From assembly GCA_965215565.1 (NCBI GenBank), contig CBDCDZ010000004.1, forward strand, positions 1 through 64,000: a stretch of DNA of 64,000 nt, read 5' to 3'. The DNA is from Trueperaceae bacterium. GTDB lineage: Bacteria; Deinococcota; Deinococci; Deinococcales; Trueperaceae. Below the pieces are notes generated by a model. It searched no databases. It was not told the DNA's origin and saw only the letters and a program-made list of their open reading frames with translations. Made by a program: the position numbers and the translations under genes. This document shows, piece after piece, positions 41,084 to 51,013 of this stretch (position 1 is its first letter; every line of letters starts with the position of its first letter).

Positions 41084-44000
41084 GTCAAAGAGCGGACCCA
41101 TAGTCGTCGAGGGCGCAGGTAAGAAGAGCGTCGGCTTGCTCGTTGACGGCGATACCTCTGGACCCACTCCCGGCACGGTACTTTACCGCGTCAACGCCAA
41201 CGGCTCAATCCCCCTCTCCGCCGCTGACGGCAGCAGCCCCGACTGGGAACCCGACGCTTCTTATGTAACGGATATTGGAAGCACGAGCACGAACACAAAC
41301 GGCTCGAATACTACCGATCTCGGGCCTGCGCCAGCCGCGATTTTCAACTCGGAGCGGTGGGACGCAGCGGCTGCGCCGGAGATGACCTACGCTTTCCCCG
41401 ACATCCCGATGAGCGAAATTGAGGTCAAGCTGTACCTCTCGGAGACCTTTAGCGGCGCGTCTAGCGTCGGCGCTCGCATCTTCGATGTCGCGGTTGAAGG
41501 AACTGTACCAACGGTCTTTGACAACATCGACCAGTACGACTTAGCAGGCGAGCAGCTCAACACGCCCGTCGTTCTCTCTTATACGACATTCGTGAGCGAC
41601 GGCACGCTGAATTTAGAATTCATCCACATCGAGGAAAACCCGGCGGTCAAAGGGATCGAAGTGCTCGTCGCCGGGCCGCAAACGGGTCAGCTCGGCGCGT
41701 CGCCGACGAGCCTTGAGTTTGGGTCTGTCGTCACGGGCGAGAGTAAGACGCAGAGTGTCACGCTCACCAACTTTGGCGGCGCGGGCGACCCCAATATCAA
41801 GGTCTCAGGCGTATCGGTCAGCGGAGACTTCTCCGACGACTTCGGTAGCTCGGTTACCCTTGCACCGGGTAACACGACCTCGTTTGACGTCACCTTCAGC
41901 CCTGACTCGGCGGGCAGCCAGAGTGCTCAGCTAGAGATTACCCACAACGCGCCGAACACACCCTCACCCATCGTCATCGACCTCTCGGGTGAAGGCGTAA
42001 CGGACGCCGTGCCGACCGAGCCCGCTTTCGGCACGAGCACGCTCTCCGGCGCGAGCCCTATCGCCCCGACCTCCTTGCAGTTCGGACCCGACGGACGCCT
42101 CTACGTGTCCGGTCGCTTCGGTGAAATCTACATCTACACTGTCGAAAGGGACGGCGCGAACGACTATCAAGTCACAGCAACCGAGACGCTACAACAGGTC
42201 AAGAACATCAAGAACCACGACGACGACGGCTCGCTCAACACCAACAATAACAGCCGCCAGGTGACCGGCCTCTACATCGCGGGCACAGCAGACAGCCCGG
42301 TTCTCTACGTCTCTTCTAGCGACCCCCGCGTCGGCGCGGGTGGCGGCGGGCAGGACAAAAACTTAGACACCAACTCGGGTGTTATCTCGAGGTTGACTAA
42401 GACGAACTCCGGCTGGGATCACGTGCAACTCGTGCGCGGCCTGCCCCGCTCCGAGGAGAACCACGCGACGAACGGGATGCAGCTCGACACGGTGAACAAC
42501 ACCCTTTACGTCGCGCAAGGGGGTCACGCGAACGCGGGTGCGCCTTCAAACAACTTCGCGTTTACCACCGAATACGCGCTCTCAGCGGCGGTCTTGAGCG
42601 TCGACCTGGACGCGATTGATGACTTGTCAACCAAAACCGATAGCGAGGGGCAGAAATACAAGTACAACCTGCCGACTTTAGACGACCCGACCCGCAGCAA
42701 CAGCGGCGGCGAAGATGTGAACGACCCCTTCGGCGGTAACGACGGCTTGAACCAAGCCAAGCTCGTGCCCGGCGGCCCCGTGCAGATTTATGCGCCCGGC
42801 TTCCGCAACCTCTACGACATCGTCATCACCCAAAACGGGCGCATGTACGGCGTGGACAACGGCGCGAACTCGAGCTGGGGCGGCTTCCCCGAGTACGAGG
42901 AGTCGTTCGACTGTACGAACAACTACCTTTCGGGCGAGCCCGGCTCGACCGGCCCCGGTCCGAACCCCAGCAATTATCCGAGCGGAATCACCCTTTTGCC
43001 CGGCAGCGACGGCCAAGTGGACGGCAAGGTCAACAACAAAAACGGCCTGCACTTCATCCGCCCCTTGAACGGCGAGCCCTACTACGGCGGTCACCCTACG
43101 CCGATTCGCGGCAACCCCGCCGGAGCCGGTCTCTGGTTTAACGGGACGTGGTATGAACCGGGCAACGGTAATCTACCTGAAGACTGGCCGCCCGTGCCGG
43201 AGGGTTACGCTAACCCTACCGAGTGCGACTTCCAAAACTCCGGCGTAGACGACACGAGCATCGCCAACTACGGTCCCTCGACCAACGGCGTGACCGAGTA
43301 CACCGCCAGCAACTTCGGCGGCGCGATGCAAGGCGACATCTTGTCGGTAGGCTATACCGGCAGCGGCGTGATTTTCCGCGCAATTCTCAACGCCGCAGGC
43401 GACGAAGTCGAGACCTGCACCGACATCTTGCCGAGCAACTGTAACGTCAAGCTGGCAGAAGGCTTCGGTAAGAACACGCTCGACATCGCCGCGCAAGGCG
43501 ACGACGGAATTTTTGGCGGCACGATCTGGGTTGCGAACATCGGCGGCGGCATCAGCGTGCTCGAGCCTGTTGACTACGACGGCAGCGGCACGGGCGGCGG
43601 CTCCGGTGGTGGCACTATCGCCCCCAACTGCCAGACCATCGCCGCGCAGAATCCCAACGGCGACGAGGACAATGACGGCTACAGCAACTCTGACGAAGCC
43701 GACAACGGCACCAACCCCTGTAACCCTGCCTCGCTCCCTAGCGATAACGACAACGACGACCTCTCCGACTTAAACGACGCAGACGACGATAACGACGGTA
43801 TTGACGACGTAAACGACCCTTTCGCGCTCGACGCGGACAACGGCACGTCCATAGACTTAGACGTTGAGCTGACCTTCGAAGGGCAGCAAGACGGTGGCTA
43901 CAGCGGCTTGGGTTTCACGGGCTGGATGACGGACGGCAGCACGGACTACCTAGAGCAGTTCGACCCCGAATTCATCCTAGCGGGCGGCGCGACGGGTATC

Positions 44001-46070
44001 TTCGGCGTCGAGAAGGTGACTGACGGTGACGCATACCAAAACGTCAATGACCAGGAAAACGCCTTCCAATTCGGCGTGGACGTGGACGACCAAAGTGGCG
44101 TCTTCACCATCGAGAGCCAGATTAACGGCCCCTTCTTCGACGGTCAGACAAGGCAAGACTTCCAGTCGCAAGGCGTTCAGATCGGCACAGGCACGCAGAG
44201 CGACTACCTCAAGCTCGTCTTGAACGGTAATAGCTTCCAGGTACTGACCGAGACAAACAATGGAACTGTCGCGAACACCTACCCCGTGAGCGGTGCGCTC
44301 AACGTGAGCGCGATTCAGCTCTACTTGGTCGTAGACCCGGCGGCGGGCACGGTGCAGCCGCAAATTGCGCTCAACGACAGCAACGTACAGAACTTGGGCA
44401 GCCCCGTACAGCTTTCCGGTAATTTGCTAGATGTCGTACAAGGCACCTACACGGTTCAGGGCAAAGCCTCCGGCTTAGCGGTCGGCGTCATCTCGACCTC
44501 GACGGGTCCAGGACCAGAGTTCTCCGCGAACTGGCAGTACTTCAAGGTCACTAAGACGCCTATGAGCGCGGCGAATCCAGCAGCGACCTTTGCGGTCAAC
44601 GAAGGCAGCAACAACTTCAACACCTCGACCTACGGCGCAAACTCGTTTGTGCTTACCAATACAGGCGACGTCAACATTCAAGAGGTGGTCATCGACACCA
44701 CCTCTGCCCTCTTTCCCGACTTGGTCTTCGACCCTATCGGCACGGGCGGCGACGCGGTGGCGAAGTGTCTCGATGTCAACTCGGAGTCAGGAGGCGACGG
44801 TAACGTCGGTCTCACTACGTCCGCGCCGGGGGGCTCCTCCTCGTCGTGCACGGACGGCTTTAGCAGCCCCAACTCTGACGGCGGCTGGCACGTTTTGACG
44901 CTCACCTTTGACGACTTCGAGCCGGGGGAGAGCGTCGGCTTCTCCCTCGACATGGACCCGACCAGCACGCAGGGGATGAATTCGCCTGGCGCGAACCACT
45001 CGGGGAGCGTGGCGGGGCTCGAGCTAACAGGCAGCACCGTCGATGTGACCTTCAGTAACGGCGCAGTTAAAGAGGGCGCACTCTTCGGCGACGGCTCGAA
45101 CTCTGGGGCAAAAACGTTCTTCAAACCGAGTAACCCGTCTGCGCCGAGCCTAAACGCTTCGTTCTCTAACAAAACAACGGTGAGCACAGCGTCTCAGACG
45201 ATTTCAGTATCCGGTGCTCCCTCGGGCGCAAGCGTCCAACTCTTGCAGGTCGAAGGTGGGCTCTTCAAACAGATTGGCGTGCCGCTTGTAGGTCTCGAGT
45301 CCTTCGAAGCGCATCACGCGGTCAATGTGAATTACCTCTCGGGCTCGAGCAACAACGTCACACTTACCAATATCGAAGAACCCGGCGGACCTGAACTTGA
45401 CCCCAATAATGGCACGGACTACAGCGTCGAAGACATCGGCCTCAACCACTTCGTCGCGCTCGTGCAAACAGGCGAAAACGAAGGCGTGCTCACCGAGGTT
45501 CAAGTCGTGCGCTATGAGCCGAACAGCGCTGTGACGTTCGACCCTGTGCGCATCAATGCGGGCGGCGCGAAGTACACCGACGCTAATGGCAACGTCTTCG
45601 AGGCGGACAGCACAAGCTCGCCTAACTACGGCGTCAACGGTAGCAAGTACGCCGTTGGTGGCGCACCCAAAATCGCCAACACAAATGACGATGTTCTCTA
45701 CCGCTCAGAGCGTTACGGCGGTAAAGGGAGTGCACCTGCGCTCGGGTACACCATCCCCGTCCCCGACGGCACCTACACCGTCACGCTGCACTTCGCTGAA
45801 ATCTTCCTAGGGGTGAGCAGCAGCGGCGCGTGCCCCTGTGAAGGCAAGCGCGTGTTCGATGTTCTTGCCGAAGGTTCAGCGGAGCTAAGTAACTACGACA
45901 TCTTCGCTACTGCCGACATCGCCAACGGCAACCCGGCAGGTAACGGACAGCTCTACGCCCTCACCGAAACCTTTGATGTAAATGTAACGGACGGCGTCTT
46001 GAACCTGAGCTTCGACCCAAGCGCGGACAACGCGAAGGTCTCGGCGCTCGAGGTCGTACAAGCACCCTAA
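40206..46070 (+). CDS. 1954-aa lipoprotein: cohesin-like, dockerin-like, malectin, ASH/Ig, putative sugar-dehydrogenase-like beta-propeller, TSP3-like acidic repeats, C-terminal malectin
   Basis: LAAC; ISYDPEQLEL; paired GDLDQSSAVNVFD / GDLTANGAVDLFD; YRVNA..ERW..RIFDV; PTSLQFGPDGRLYV, GLPRSEENH, GFRNLYD; DxDNDG repeats; RINAGG..LYRSERY..LHFAE..RVFDV. Confidence 0.8.
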   Translation: MNRHLLFILSMSLLVLLAACGRGGPRGDYLAVAFEVPANTVALEADISYDPEQLELLGAASAHKGVLAAAGTDRGQLKLNAVATDLTPKGRDFALVSFKIKQPGAKPEVKLLRAYNAQKEELDTPRSSMRRTERDLAADYDPEAQAQRTLNPQADSSDLDLQASFADYPLGDLDQSSAVNVFDVIDVIAVSLGSASSATDYQLYVGDLTANGAVDLFDVISVVEKSVNVNAPASLVVRPDVLELATGESGLILVGNAGNLPLNATLSSSTDAAISKLNNEVAGQTAAYEVVAGSKSGPIVVEGAGKKSVGLLVDGDTSGPTPGTVLYRVNANGSIPLSAADGSSPDWEPDASYVTDIGSTSTNTNGSNTTDLGPAPAAIFNSERWDAAAAPEMTYAFPDIPMSEIEVKLYLSETFSGASSVGARIFDVAVEGTVPTVFDNIDQYDLAGEQLNTPVVLSYTTFVSDGTLNLEFIHIEENPAVKGIEVLVAGPQTGQLGASPTSLEFGSVVTGESKTQSVTLTNFGGAGDPNIKVSGVSVSGDFSDDFGSSVTLAPGNTTSFDVTFSPDSAGSQSAQLEITHNAPNTPSPIVIDLSGEGVTDAVPTEPAFGTSTLSGASPIAPTSLQFGPDGRLYVSGRFGEIYIYTVERDGANDYQVTATETLQQVKNIKNHDDDGSLNTNNNSRQVTGLYIAGTADSPVLYVSSSDPRVGAGGGGQDKNLDTNSGVISRLTKTNSGWDHVQLVRGLPRSEENHATNGMQLDTVNNTLYVAQGGHANAGAPSNNFAFTTEYALSAAVLSVDLDAIDDLSTKTDSEGQKYKYNLPTLDDPTRSNSGGEDVNDPFGGNDGLNQAKLVPGGPVQIYAPGFRNLYDIVITQNGRMYGVDNGANSSWGGFPEYEESFDCTNNYLSGEPGSTGPGPNPSNYPSGITLLPGSDGQVDGKVNNKNGLHFIRPLNGEPYYGGHPTPIRGNPAGAGLWFNGTWYEPGNGNLPEDWPPVPEGYANPTECDFQNSGVDDTSIANYGPSTNGVTEYTASNFGGAMQGDILSVGYTGSGVIFRAILNAAGDEVETCTDILPSNCNVKLAEGFGKNTLDIAAQGDDGIFGGTIWVANIGGGISVLEPVDYDGSGTGGGSGGGTIAPNCQTIAAQNPNGDEDNDGYSNSDEADNGTNPCNPASLPSDNDNDDLSDLNDADDDNDGIDDVNDPFALDADNGTSIDLDVELTFEGQQDGGYSGLGFTGWMTDGSTDYLEQFDPEFILAGGATGIFGVEKVTDGDAYQNVNDQENAFQFGVDVDDQSGVFTIESQINGPFFDGQTRQDFQSQGVQIGTGTQSDYLKLVLNGNSFQVLTETNNGTVANTYPVSGALNVSAIQLYLVVDPAAGTVQPQIALNDSNVQNLGSPVQLSGNLLDVVQGTYTVQGKASGLAVGVISTSTGPGPEFSANWQYFKVTKTPMSAANPAATFAVNEGSNNFNTSTYGANSFVLTNTGDVNIQEVVIDTTSALFPDLVFDPIGTGGDAVAKCLDVNSESGGDGNVGLTTSAPGGSSSSCTDGFSSPNSDGGWHVLTLTFDDFEPGESVGFSLDMDPTSTQGMNSPGANHSGSVAGLELTGSTVDVTFSNGAVKEGALFGDGSNSGAKTFFKPSNPSAPSLNASFSNKTTVSTASQTISVSGAPSGASVQLLQVEGGLFKQIGVPLVGLESFEAHHAVNVNYLSGSSNNVTLTNIEEPGGPELDPNNGTDYSVEDIGLNHFVALVQTGENEGVLTEVQVVRYEPNSAVTFDPVRINAGGAKYTDANGNVFEADSTSSPNYGVNGSKYAVGGAPKIANTNDDVLYRSERYGGKGSAPALGYTIPVPDGTYTVTLHFAEIFLGVSSSGACPCEGKRVFDVLAEGSAELSNYDIFATADIANGNPAGNGQLYALTETFDVNVTDGVLNLSFDPSADNAKVSALEVVQAP

Positions 46071-46133
46071 ACCTTATCTCAGACCGAGGGGTGCCGCGTG
46101 CACTCCTCAGAAACCCAACGACCTAACTCTTGA

Positions 46134-47022
46134 AAAGGAAGGCCATGAACCGACACCTACTATTTATCCTAAGTATGAGCCTGCTCGTCTTGCTGGCTGC
46201 GTGTGGCCGGGGCGGACCAAGGGGCGACTACCTCGCGGTAGCGTTCGAGGTGCCCGCAAATACCGTCGCTTTAGAAGCCGACATCAGCTATGACCCCGAG
46301 CAGCTCGAACTCCTAGGCGCAGCTTCGGCGCACAAGGGCGTGCTGGCTGCCGCAGGCACCGATAGAGGCCAGCTCAAGCTCAACGCCGTGGCGACTGACC
46401 TCACACCTAAAGGCCGTGACTTCGCCTTGGTCTCCTTCAAGATCAAGCAACCTGGCGCTAAACCCGAAGTCAAACTCCTACGCGCTTACAACGCTCAAAA
46501 AGAAGAACTAGACACGCCGCGCTCAAGTATGAGACGCACCGAGCGCGACTTAGCAGCGGACTACGACCCCGAAGCGCAAGCGCAGCGCACGCTCAACCCC
46601 CAAGCCGATAGCAGCGACCTCGACTTGCAAGCGAGCTTTGCAGATTACCCGCTGGGCGACCTCGACCAGAGCAGCGCGGTCAACGTCTTTGACGTGATCG
46701 ACGTGATCGCGGTGTCGCTTGGTAGCGCGAGCAGCGCCACCGACTACCAACTCTACGTAGGGGACTTAACGGCGAACGGCGCTGTTGACCTCTTCGACGT
46801 GATCAGCGTGGTGGAGAAGTCGGTGAACGTGAACGCACCGGCGAGCCTGGTGGTGCGTCCTGATGTCTTAGAACTAGCGACAGGCGAGAGCGGGCTGATT
46901 CTAGTTGGCAACGCGGGCAACTTGCCTCTAAACGCGACGCTCAGCAGCAGCACGGACGCGGCTATCAGCAAGCTGAATAACGAAGTAGCTGGGCAGACTG
47001 CCGCCTATGAGGTGGTGGCGGG
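46134..47022 (+). repeat. 889-bp direct repeat, copy 2
   Basis: Offset 5939 bp from copy 1; the copies diverge right after gaggtggtggcggg. Confidence 0.92.
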
Positions 47023-49915
47023 AACCAACGATGGAACCGTCACGGTAGAGGGTGCGGGTAAGAAAACTATCGCACTTTTTGTGGGCGAGCCAACGGACAT
47101 CCCCGCAATCACTCTTACCACTCCAGCGGACGGCGCAACCCTCTCGGGCGAGAGCGTGGACGTCTTCTGGGACATCACGCTCAAAGAGTCCGATGATCAC
47201 GTTCACGTCTATGTGGACGGCGAAAAGAGAGAGGGCTCGGTTGACTATAAAAACCCCTACACGCTCGACTTTGCGGATAAGAATATCGAACCGGGTCAGC
47301 ATGTGCTCGAGGTGCGCGTCTCAGATAAAGACCACAACGAATACACCAACCCAGCCGCCTCGGACAGCATTACCTTCACGCTCCAAGCGCCTACGTCGGT
47401 CAGCGACGTGCTCTACCGCGTGAACGCGGGCGGCCCTCAACTTGCTGCCAGCGATGATGGTCCAGACTGGGGTGCAGACACCGGTCAGTTCGGTAACGCG
47501 GGCAACAGCCCCTACCTCGTCGCCCATAGCACCGGTAGCTCGACCTATAATGGCAACTCGGGCAGCGCACATCCTGGCGCAATCGACACGTCCGACGCCA
47601 GCATCCCGACTGGTACGCCCACCGTGATATTTAATACCGAGCGCTACGATACAAGCGCAGCGCCGGAGATGCAGTGGGAATTTCCCGTCACCGCTGGAAC
47701 AACCATTGAGGTGCGCCTCTACTTCGCCGAACTCTTCAGCGGAGTGGACGCCGCCGGTGAGCGCGTCTTCGACGTCGAGGTTGAAGGAAGCGTCCCCTCC
47801 GTTTTCGGTGACATCGATCCTTTTGCTGTCGCCGGAGCTAAAGGTGCCTTTATACGCTCGCATACGCTTACGGTGACGGACGGAACTTTGGACATCGACT
47901 TCTTGCACGGCGTTGAAAACCCCGCCATCAAGGGCATTGAAATCATCGCCAGTAACGGCACTAGCAACGTGCCGCCGCAAGTCGATTCTATCGCTAACAT
48001 AACGAGCGCCGAAGGAGACGCGGCGAGCGACTACGACATCAGCATTGCAGCGACTGACCCGGACGGCCCTGGAAACCTCGAGTACAGCGCCACCGGACTG
48101 CCACCCGGCGTCGAGGTCGAGATGACGAACGGTCAACTCTTCGGGACGATTGCTGCGGGGGCCGCCGACAACAGCCCCTACGACGTGACGGTCAGCGTCA
48201 GCGACGGTGCGGACACCACGAGCGTCAACTTCACCTGGACGGTGACGGCGGAAACAGGTGGCGGCAACCCGTCCGCGACAATCAAGGTCACTTCGAATGC
48301 CGGTCTCTTCGCGAGCACCTTCGGCAACGACTCGTTCCAAATCAGCAACACGGGCGACAGCGACATCGAGCGCATCACCATCGACTCGAGCAGCACGTTC
48401 TTACCCGACGTCGTCTTCGACCCGGTGGGCAAAGCGGGCGACAGCGGCGCGAAGTGCCTCACAGCGGGTACAACGGGCAACACCGCCGCTCAGGTCGGTC
48501 TTATCTATCCGGCGAACGGCGGAAGCGACGCCGCTGACTGCGTCGATCCCTTCGATCAGCCTCATAACGGTACAAACGACGAGGAAGGCTACGACAAGCT
48601 CGACCTCATCTTTACGAACGGCGACGGCTTTAACCCCGGCGAGTCCTTCGCCTTCGGCGTGGACATGGACCCCACCAGCATCAAGGGCGACCAGAGCACG
48701 GGTGATGCGGGCTCCATATCCGGTTTTGAGCTGGTCGGTGCAACCGTGACGGTTGAATTTGCGGACGGTACGCTAACCTCGAGCCTCTGGGAAGACGGCA
48801 GTCTAGGCGGTTCGCAAGTGGTCGTCCAGCCCGGTGCGCCTACTGCGCCAAGTATCAGCGTGAGCGGTGTGTCGGCTCCCACTACAGTCACCGATGCAAA
48901 CCAGACCATCACCATCAGCGGTCCTGCGGACGCCACCGTCGCGCTGTTACGCGCTGACGCCCGTCTCTACATCGACGCAGGTGCACCAGGGGGCGGCACA
49001 GGCCATGACGTTGACCCCTTCGAAGCCAACGAAGTGCTCGCCAAAGAGGTCTACACCACGACGCTTGACGGCAGTGGTAGCGGCAGTATCAACGTCACGC
49101 TGACTCAAACCTCTTCGCTTAATGCTGGGCCCGACGCTGGAATCAACCACTTCATCGCGGTAGTCGAAGGGTCAGGAGAGCAGACCAGTCTGACCTCGAA
49201 CGTGATCGTTTTGGGCTACGCGCCAGATGACGGCGGTAATAGTGGCGGCGGGACAGGCTCGAGCGGCGCGTTTATTGAGCAAAACGGCCTCGTCGTCACC
49301 GAGATGGAATCCACCTCTAGCTTGCCTGGTAGTTGGAAGTCCGCCACTACCTATTCCGCCAGCACCTCGCCTGACATCAGTAATCTGGGCAGCGCGACGG
49401 GTGGAGACTTCATCGTTTGGCAGGGCGGACAGTTTTTGGGTAGTCCCGGCAATGGCTCGATTAGCTATCCAGTCAAGATCAATGCGCCGGGTACGTATAG
49501 GTTTCAGTGGCGTAGTCAGGTTGGTAACGGCTCAAACTCAACAGAGCACAACGACACCTGGCTTAAAATCGAGGCGGACAGCTTCTATGGTCAGAAGAAT
49601 TCAGGTATCGTCTGCCCGAAGGGTTACACTTCCGCCGAGAACGACTGCACCGGCAGCGTCCCCGAAGGTGGTGGTGGCGGCGGCTGGTTTAAGATTTATT
49701 CCAGTGGCACGGCGAACTGGACGTGGTCGACGAATACGAGCGACAACGACGCGCACCAAATCTTCGCTCGCTTCGACCAGGCAGGGGTATACAACATCCT
49801 CATTTCGGCTCGCTCTTCTTCGCATGTGATTGACCGCATGGTGCTCTACAATAGCTCCGTAAGTACGAGTGCAGCAACGAACATCAACAACCCCGAGTCA
49901 CCCCGCGAACAGTAA
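46145..49915 (+). CDS. 1256-aa lipoprotein: same cohesin/dockerin-like head, then Ig-like, malectin, He_PIG-type Ig and a CBM-like C-terminal domain
   Basis: Identical N-terminus; YRVNAGG..TERY..LYFAE..RVFDV; YSATGLPPG; FIEQNGLVVTEME C-terminal module. Confidence 0.8.
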   Translation: MNRHLLFILSMSLLVLLAACGRGGPRGDYLAVAFEVPANTVALEADISYDPEQLELLGAASAHKGVLAAAGTDRGQLKLNAVATDLTPKGRDFALVSFKIKQPGAKPEVKLLRAYNAQKEELDTPRSSMRRTERDLAADYDPEAQAQRTLNPQADSSDLDLQASFADYPLGDLDQSSAVNVFDVIDVIAVSLGSASSATDYQLYVGDLTANGAVDLFDVISVVEKSVNVNAPASLVVRPDVLELATGESGLILVGNAGNLPLNATLSSSTDAAISKLNNEVAGQTAAYEVVAGTNDGTVTVEGAGKKTIALFVGEPTDIPAITLTTPADGATLSGESVDVFWDITLKESDDHVHVYVDGEKREGSVDYKNPYTLDFADKNIEPGQHVLEVRVSDKDHNEYTNPAASDSITFTLQAPTSVSDVLYRVNAGGPQLAASDDGPDWGADTGQFGNAGNSPYLVAHSTGSSTYNGNSGSAHPGAIDTSDASIPTGTPTVIFNTERYDTSAAPEMQWEFPVTAGTTIEVRLYFAELFSGVDAAGERVFDVEVEGSVPSVFGDIDPFAVAGAKGAFIRSHTLTVTDGTLDIDFLHGVENPAIKGIEIIASNGTSNVPPQVDSIANITSAEGDAASDYDISIAATDPDGPGNLEYSATGLPPGVEVEMTNGQLFGTIAAGAADNSPYDVTVSVSDGADTTSVNFTWTVTAETGGGNPSATIKVTSNAGLFASTFGNDSFQISNTGDSDIERITIDSSSTFLPDVVFDPVGKAGDSGAKCLTAGTTGNTAAQVGLIYPANGGSDAADCVDPFDQPHNGTNDEEGYDKLDLIFTNGDGFNPGESFAFGVDMDPTSIKGDQSTGDAGSISGFELVGATVTVEFADGTLTSSLWEDGSLGGSQVVVQPGAPTAPSISVSGVSAPTTVTDANQTITISGPADATVALLRADARLYIDAGAPGGGTGHDVDPFEANEVLAKEVYTTTLDGSGSGSINVTLTQTSSLNAGPDAGINHFIAVVEGSGEQTSLTSNVIVLGYAPDDGGNSGGGTGSSGAFIEQNGLVVTEMESTSSLPGSWKSATTYSASTSPDISNLGSATGGDFIVWQGGQFLGSPGNGSISYPVKINAPGTYRFQWRSQVGNGSNSTEHNDTWLKIEADSFYGQKNSGIVCPKGYTSAENDCTGSVPEGGGGGGWFKIYSSGTANWTWSTNTSDNDAHQIFARFDQAGVYNILISARSSSHVIDRMVLYNSSVSTSAATNINNPESPREQ

Positions 49916-49933
49916 AACGCCCCATAAACTCTT

Positions 49934-49967
49934 ACCTCTCTCCCCGTAAGGAGAGAGGTGTCTTTTT
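49934..49967 (+). terminator. Intrinsic terminator of the lipoprotein operon
   Basis: acctctctcc-ccgtaa-ggagagaggt then gtcttttt. Confidence 0.75.
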
Positions 49968-50017
49968 GTACGCGGATGCAGGCTGTGACCTCTGCGCGTG
50001 AAGCGACTTTAGCAAAC

Positions 50018-50132
50018 TATAGCAAGTATCATTTGGTTTGAGCCAGTCTCACATTAGAGAACTTGAGCGAACACGCGCATTCTTAAATGATGCTTGCGCT
50101 ATTCCAATTCAGTACTTCTGTGAACTGCTTTA
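50018..50132 (-). repeat. TATAGCA...TGCTATA MITE family, copy 4 (inverted)
   Basis: tatagcaagtatcatttggtttg...ttgcgctattccaat.cagtactt matches the reverse complement of 31918-32031. Confidence 0.85.
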
Positions 50133-50319
50133 TTACACCAAACTGAAAGATTCACGTCACGTTCAATAGCTCACCGAGTTGCGAGATACCGAAGTGCCAC
50201 CAAGGGAAGTTAGTCATGAGTTCTGAGCGCTCTTTGTTGTTGGTGAATTGCTCGAGCGCTTGTCTGTGTCGAAGCGCCCGACAACTCGCAGAAGAGTTGT
50301 TTGGACAGTTCTGAAACCC

Positions 50320-50975
50320 TGAGCGAAGGGTGGCACCACCTCGCGGCGACCTATGACGGCAAGAGCCTGCGCGTCTACAAGAGCCTGCGCGTCTACGTCG
50401 ACGGAGAATTGAGCGGCGAGCGTGAGGTAGAGCCCACCGGCATTTCCTAGTGCGCCTTCGAGCTCTTTATCGGTACCGATTAGTATGCTCCTGAGCCTCT
50501 CTATACGGAGGGCGTCATTGACGAATTGCGGATTTACGACCAGGTGCCGAGCCTCGGCGCTCAGGACGGTTTGGGAAGGGGACCAATCACCAGCGGCGTC
50601 TCCCTAGACGGGCGCTACGGCCTCATTATCTGCCGCGACTCGTCGTAGCTGTCAGTCGTCAACACGCAGAGTCTCTCCGCCGTTGAAAGCGTCAAATTCC
50701 CGGCGGGCAGCAGCCCGCTCACCGGCACCTTCGCCTATAGCGGAGCGGGCGAGACCTTCTTCGTCCCGCTACCGGGGCGGGACGCCGTAGCCGCGGTGAA
50801 GGTGCCGACCTTTGAGACAGAGCTCATCCCGGTCGGCGCGCGCCCCATGAGCGCGGTGTATTCCGAGGCGCCGCTGCCCGACCGGCAGACAAGCTTCGCG
50901 CCGCGAGGGGTGGCGCTAGCAGCAGGTCGCACTTTTCCCGCGGGCTGTCCTGACCGCTGCTGTGGTCCTCTTTGA
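50320..50975 (+). pseudogene. Decayed LamG-like and YncE/beta-propeller-like fragments
   Basis: WHHLAATYDGKSLRVY(KSLRVY)VDGE with an 18-bp tandem duplication at 50360-50395; GVIDELRIY; later IPVGARP and C-terminal CPDRCCGPL; internal stops. Confidence 0.6.
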
Positions 50976-51013
50976 GACAACCGTAGATCGAGAGAGTCTT
51001 GTGTCGCCAAGGC

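Noticed and set aside
40195..47022. Diversity-generating retroelement template/variable repeat pair
   Set aside because: The repeat is N-terminal, 889 bp long, shows no adenine-specific mismatches, and no reverse transcriptase is present.
47321..48340. 339-aa minus-strand ORF and many similar antisense ORFs
   Set aside because: Shadow frames of GC-rich real genes, with no recognisable motifs.
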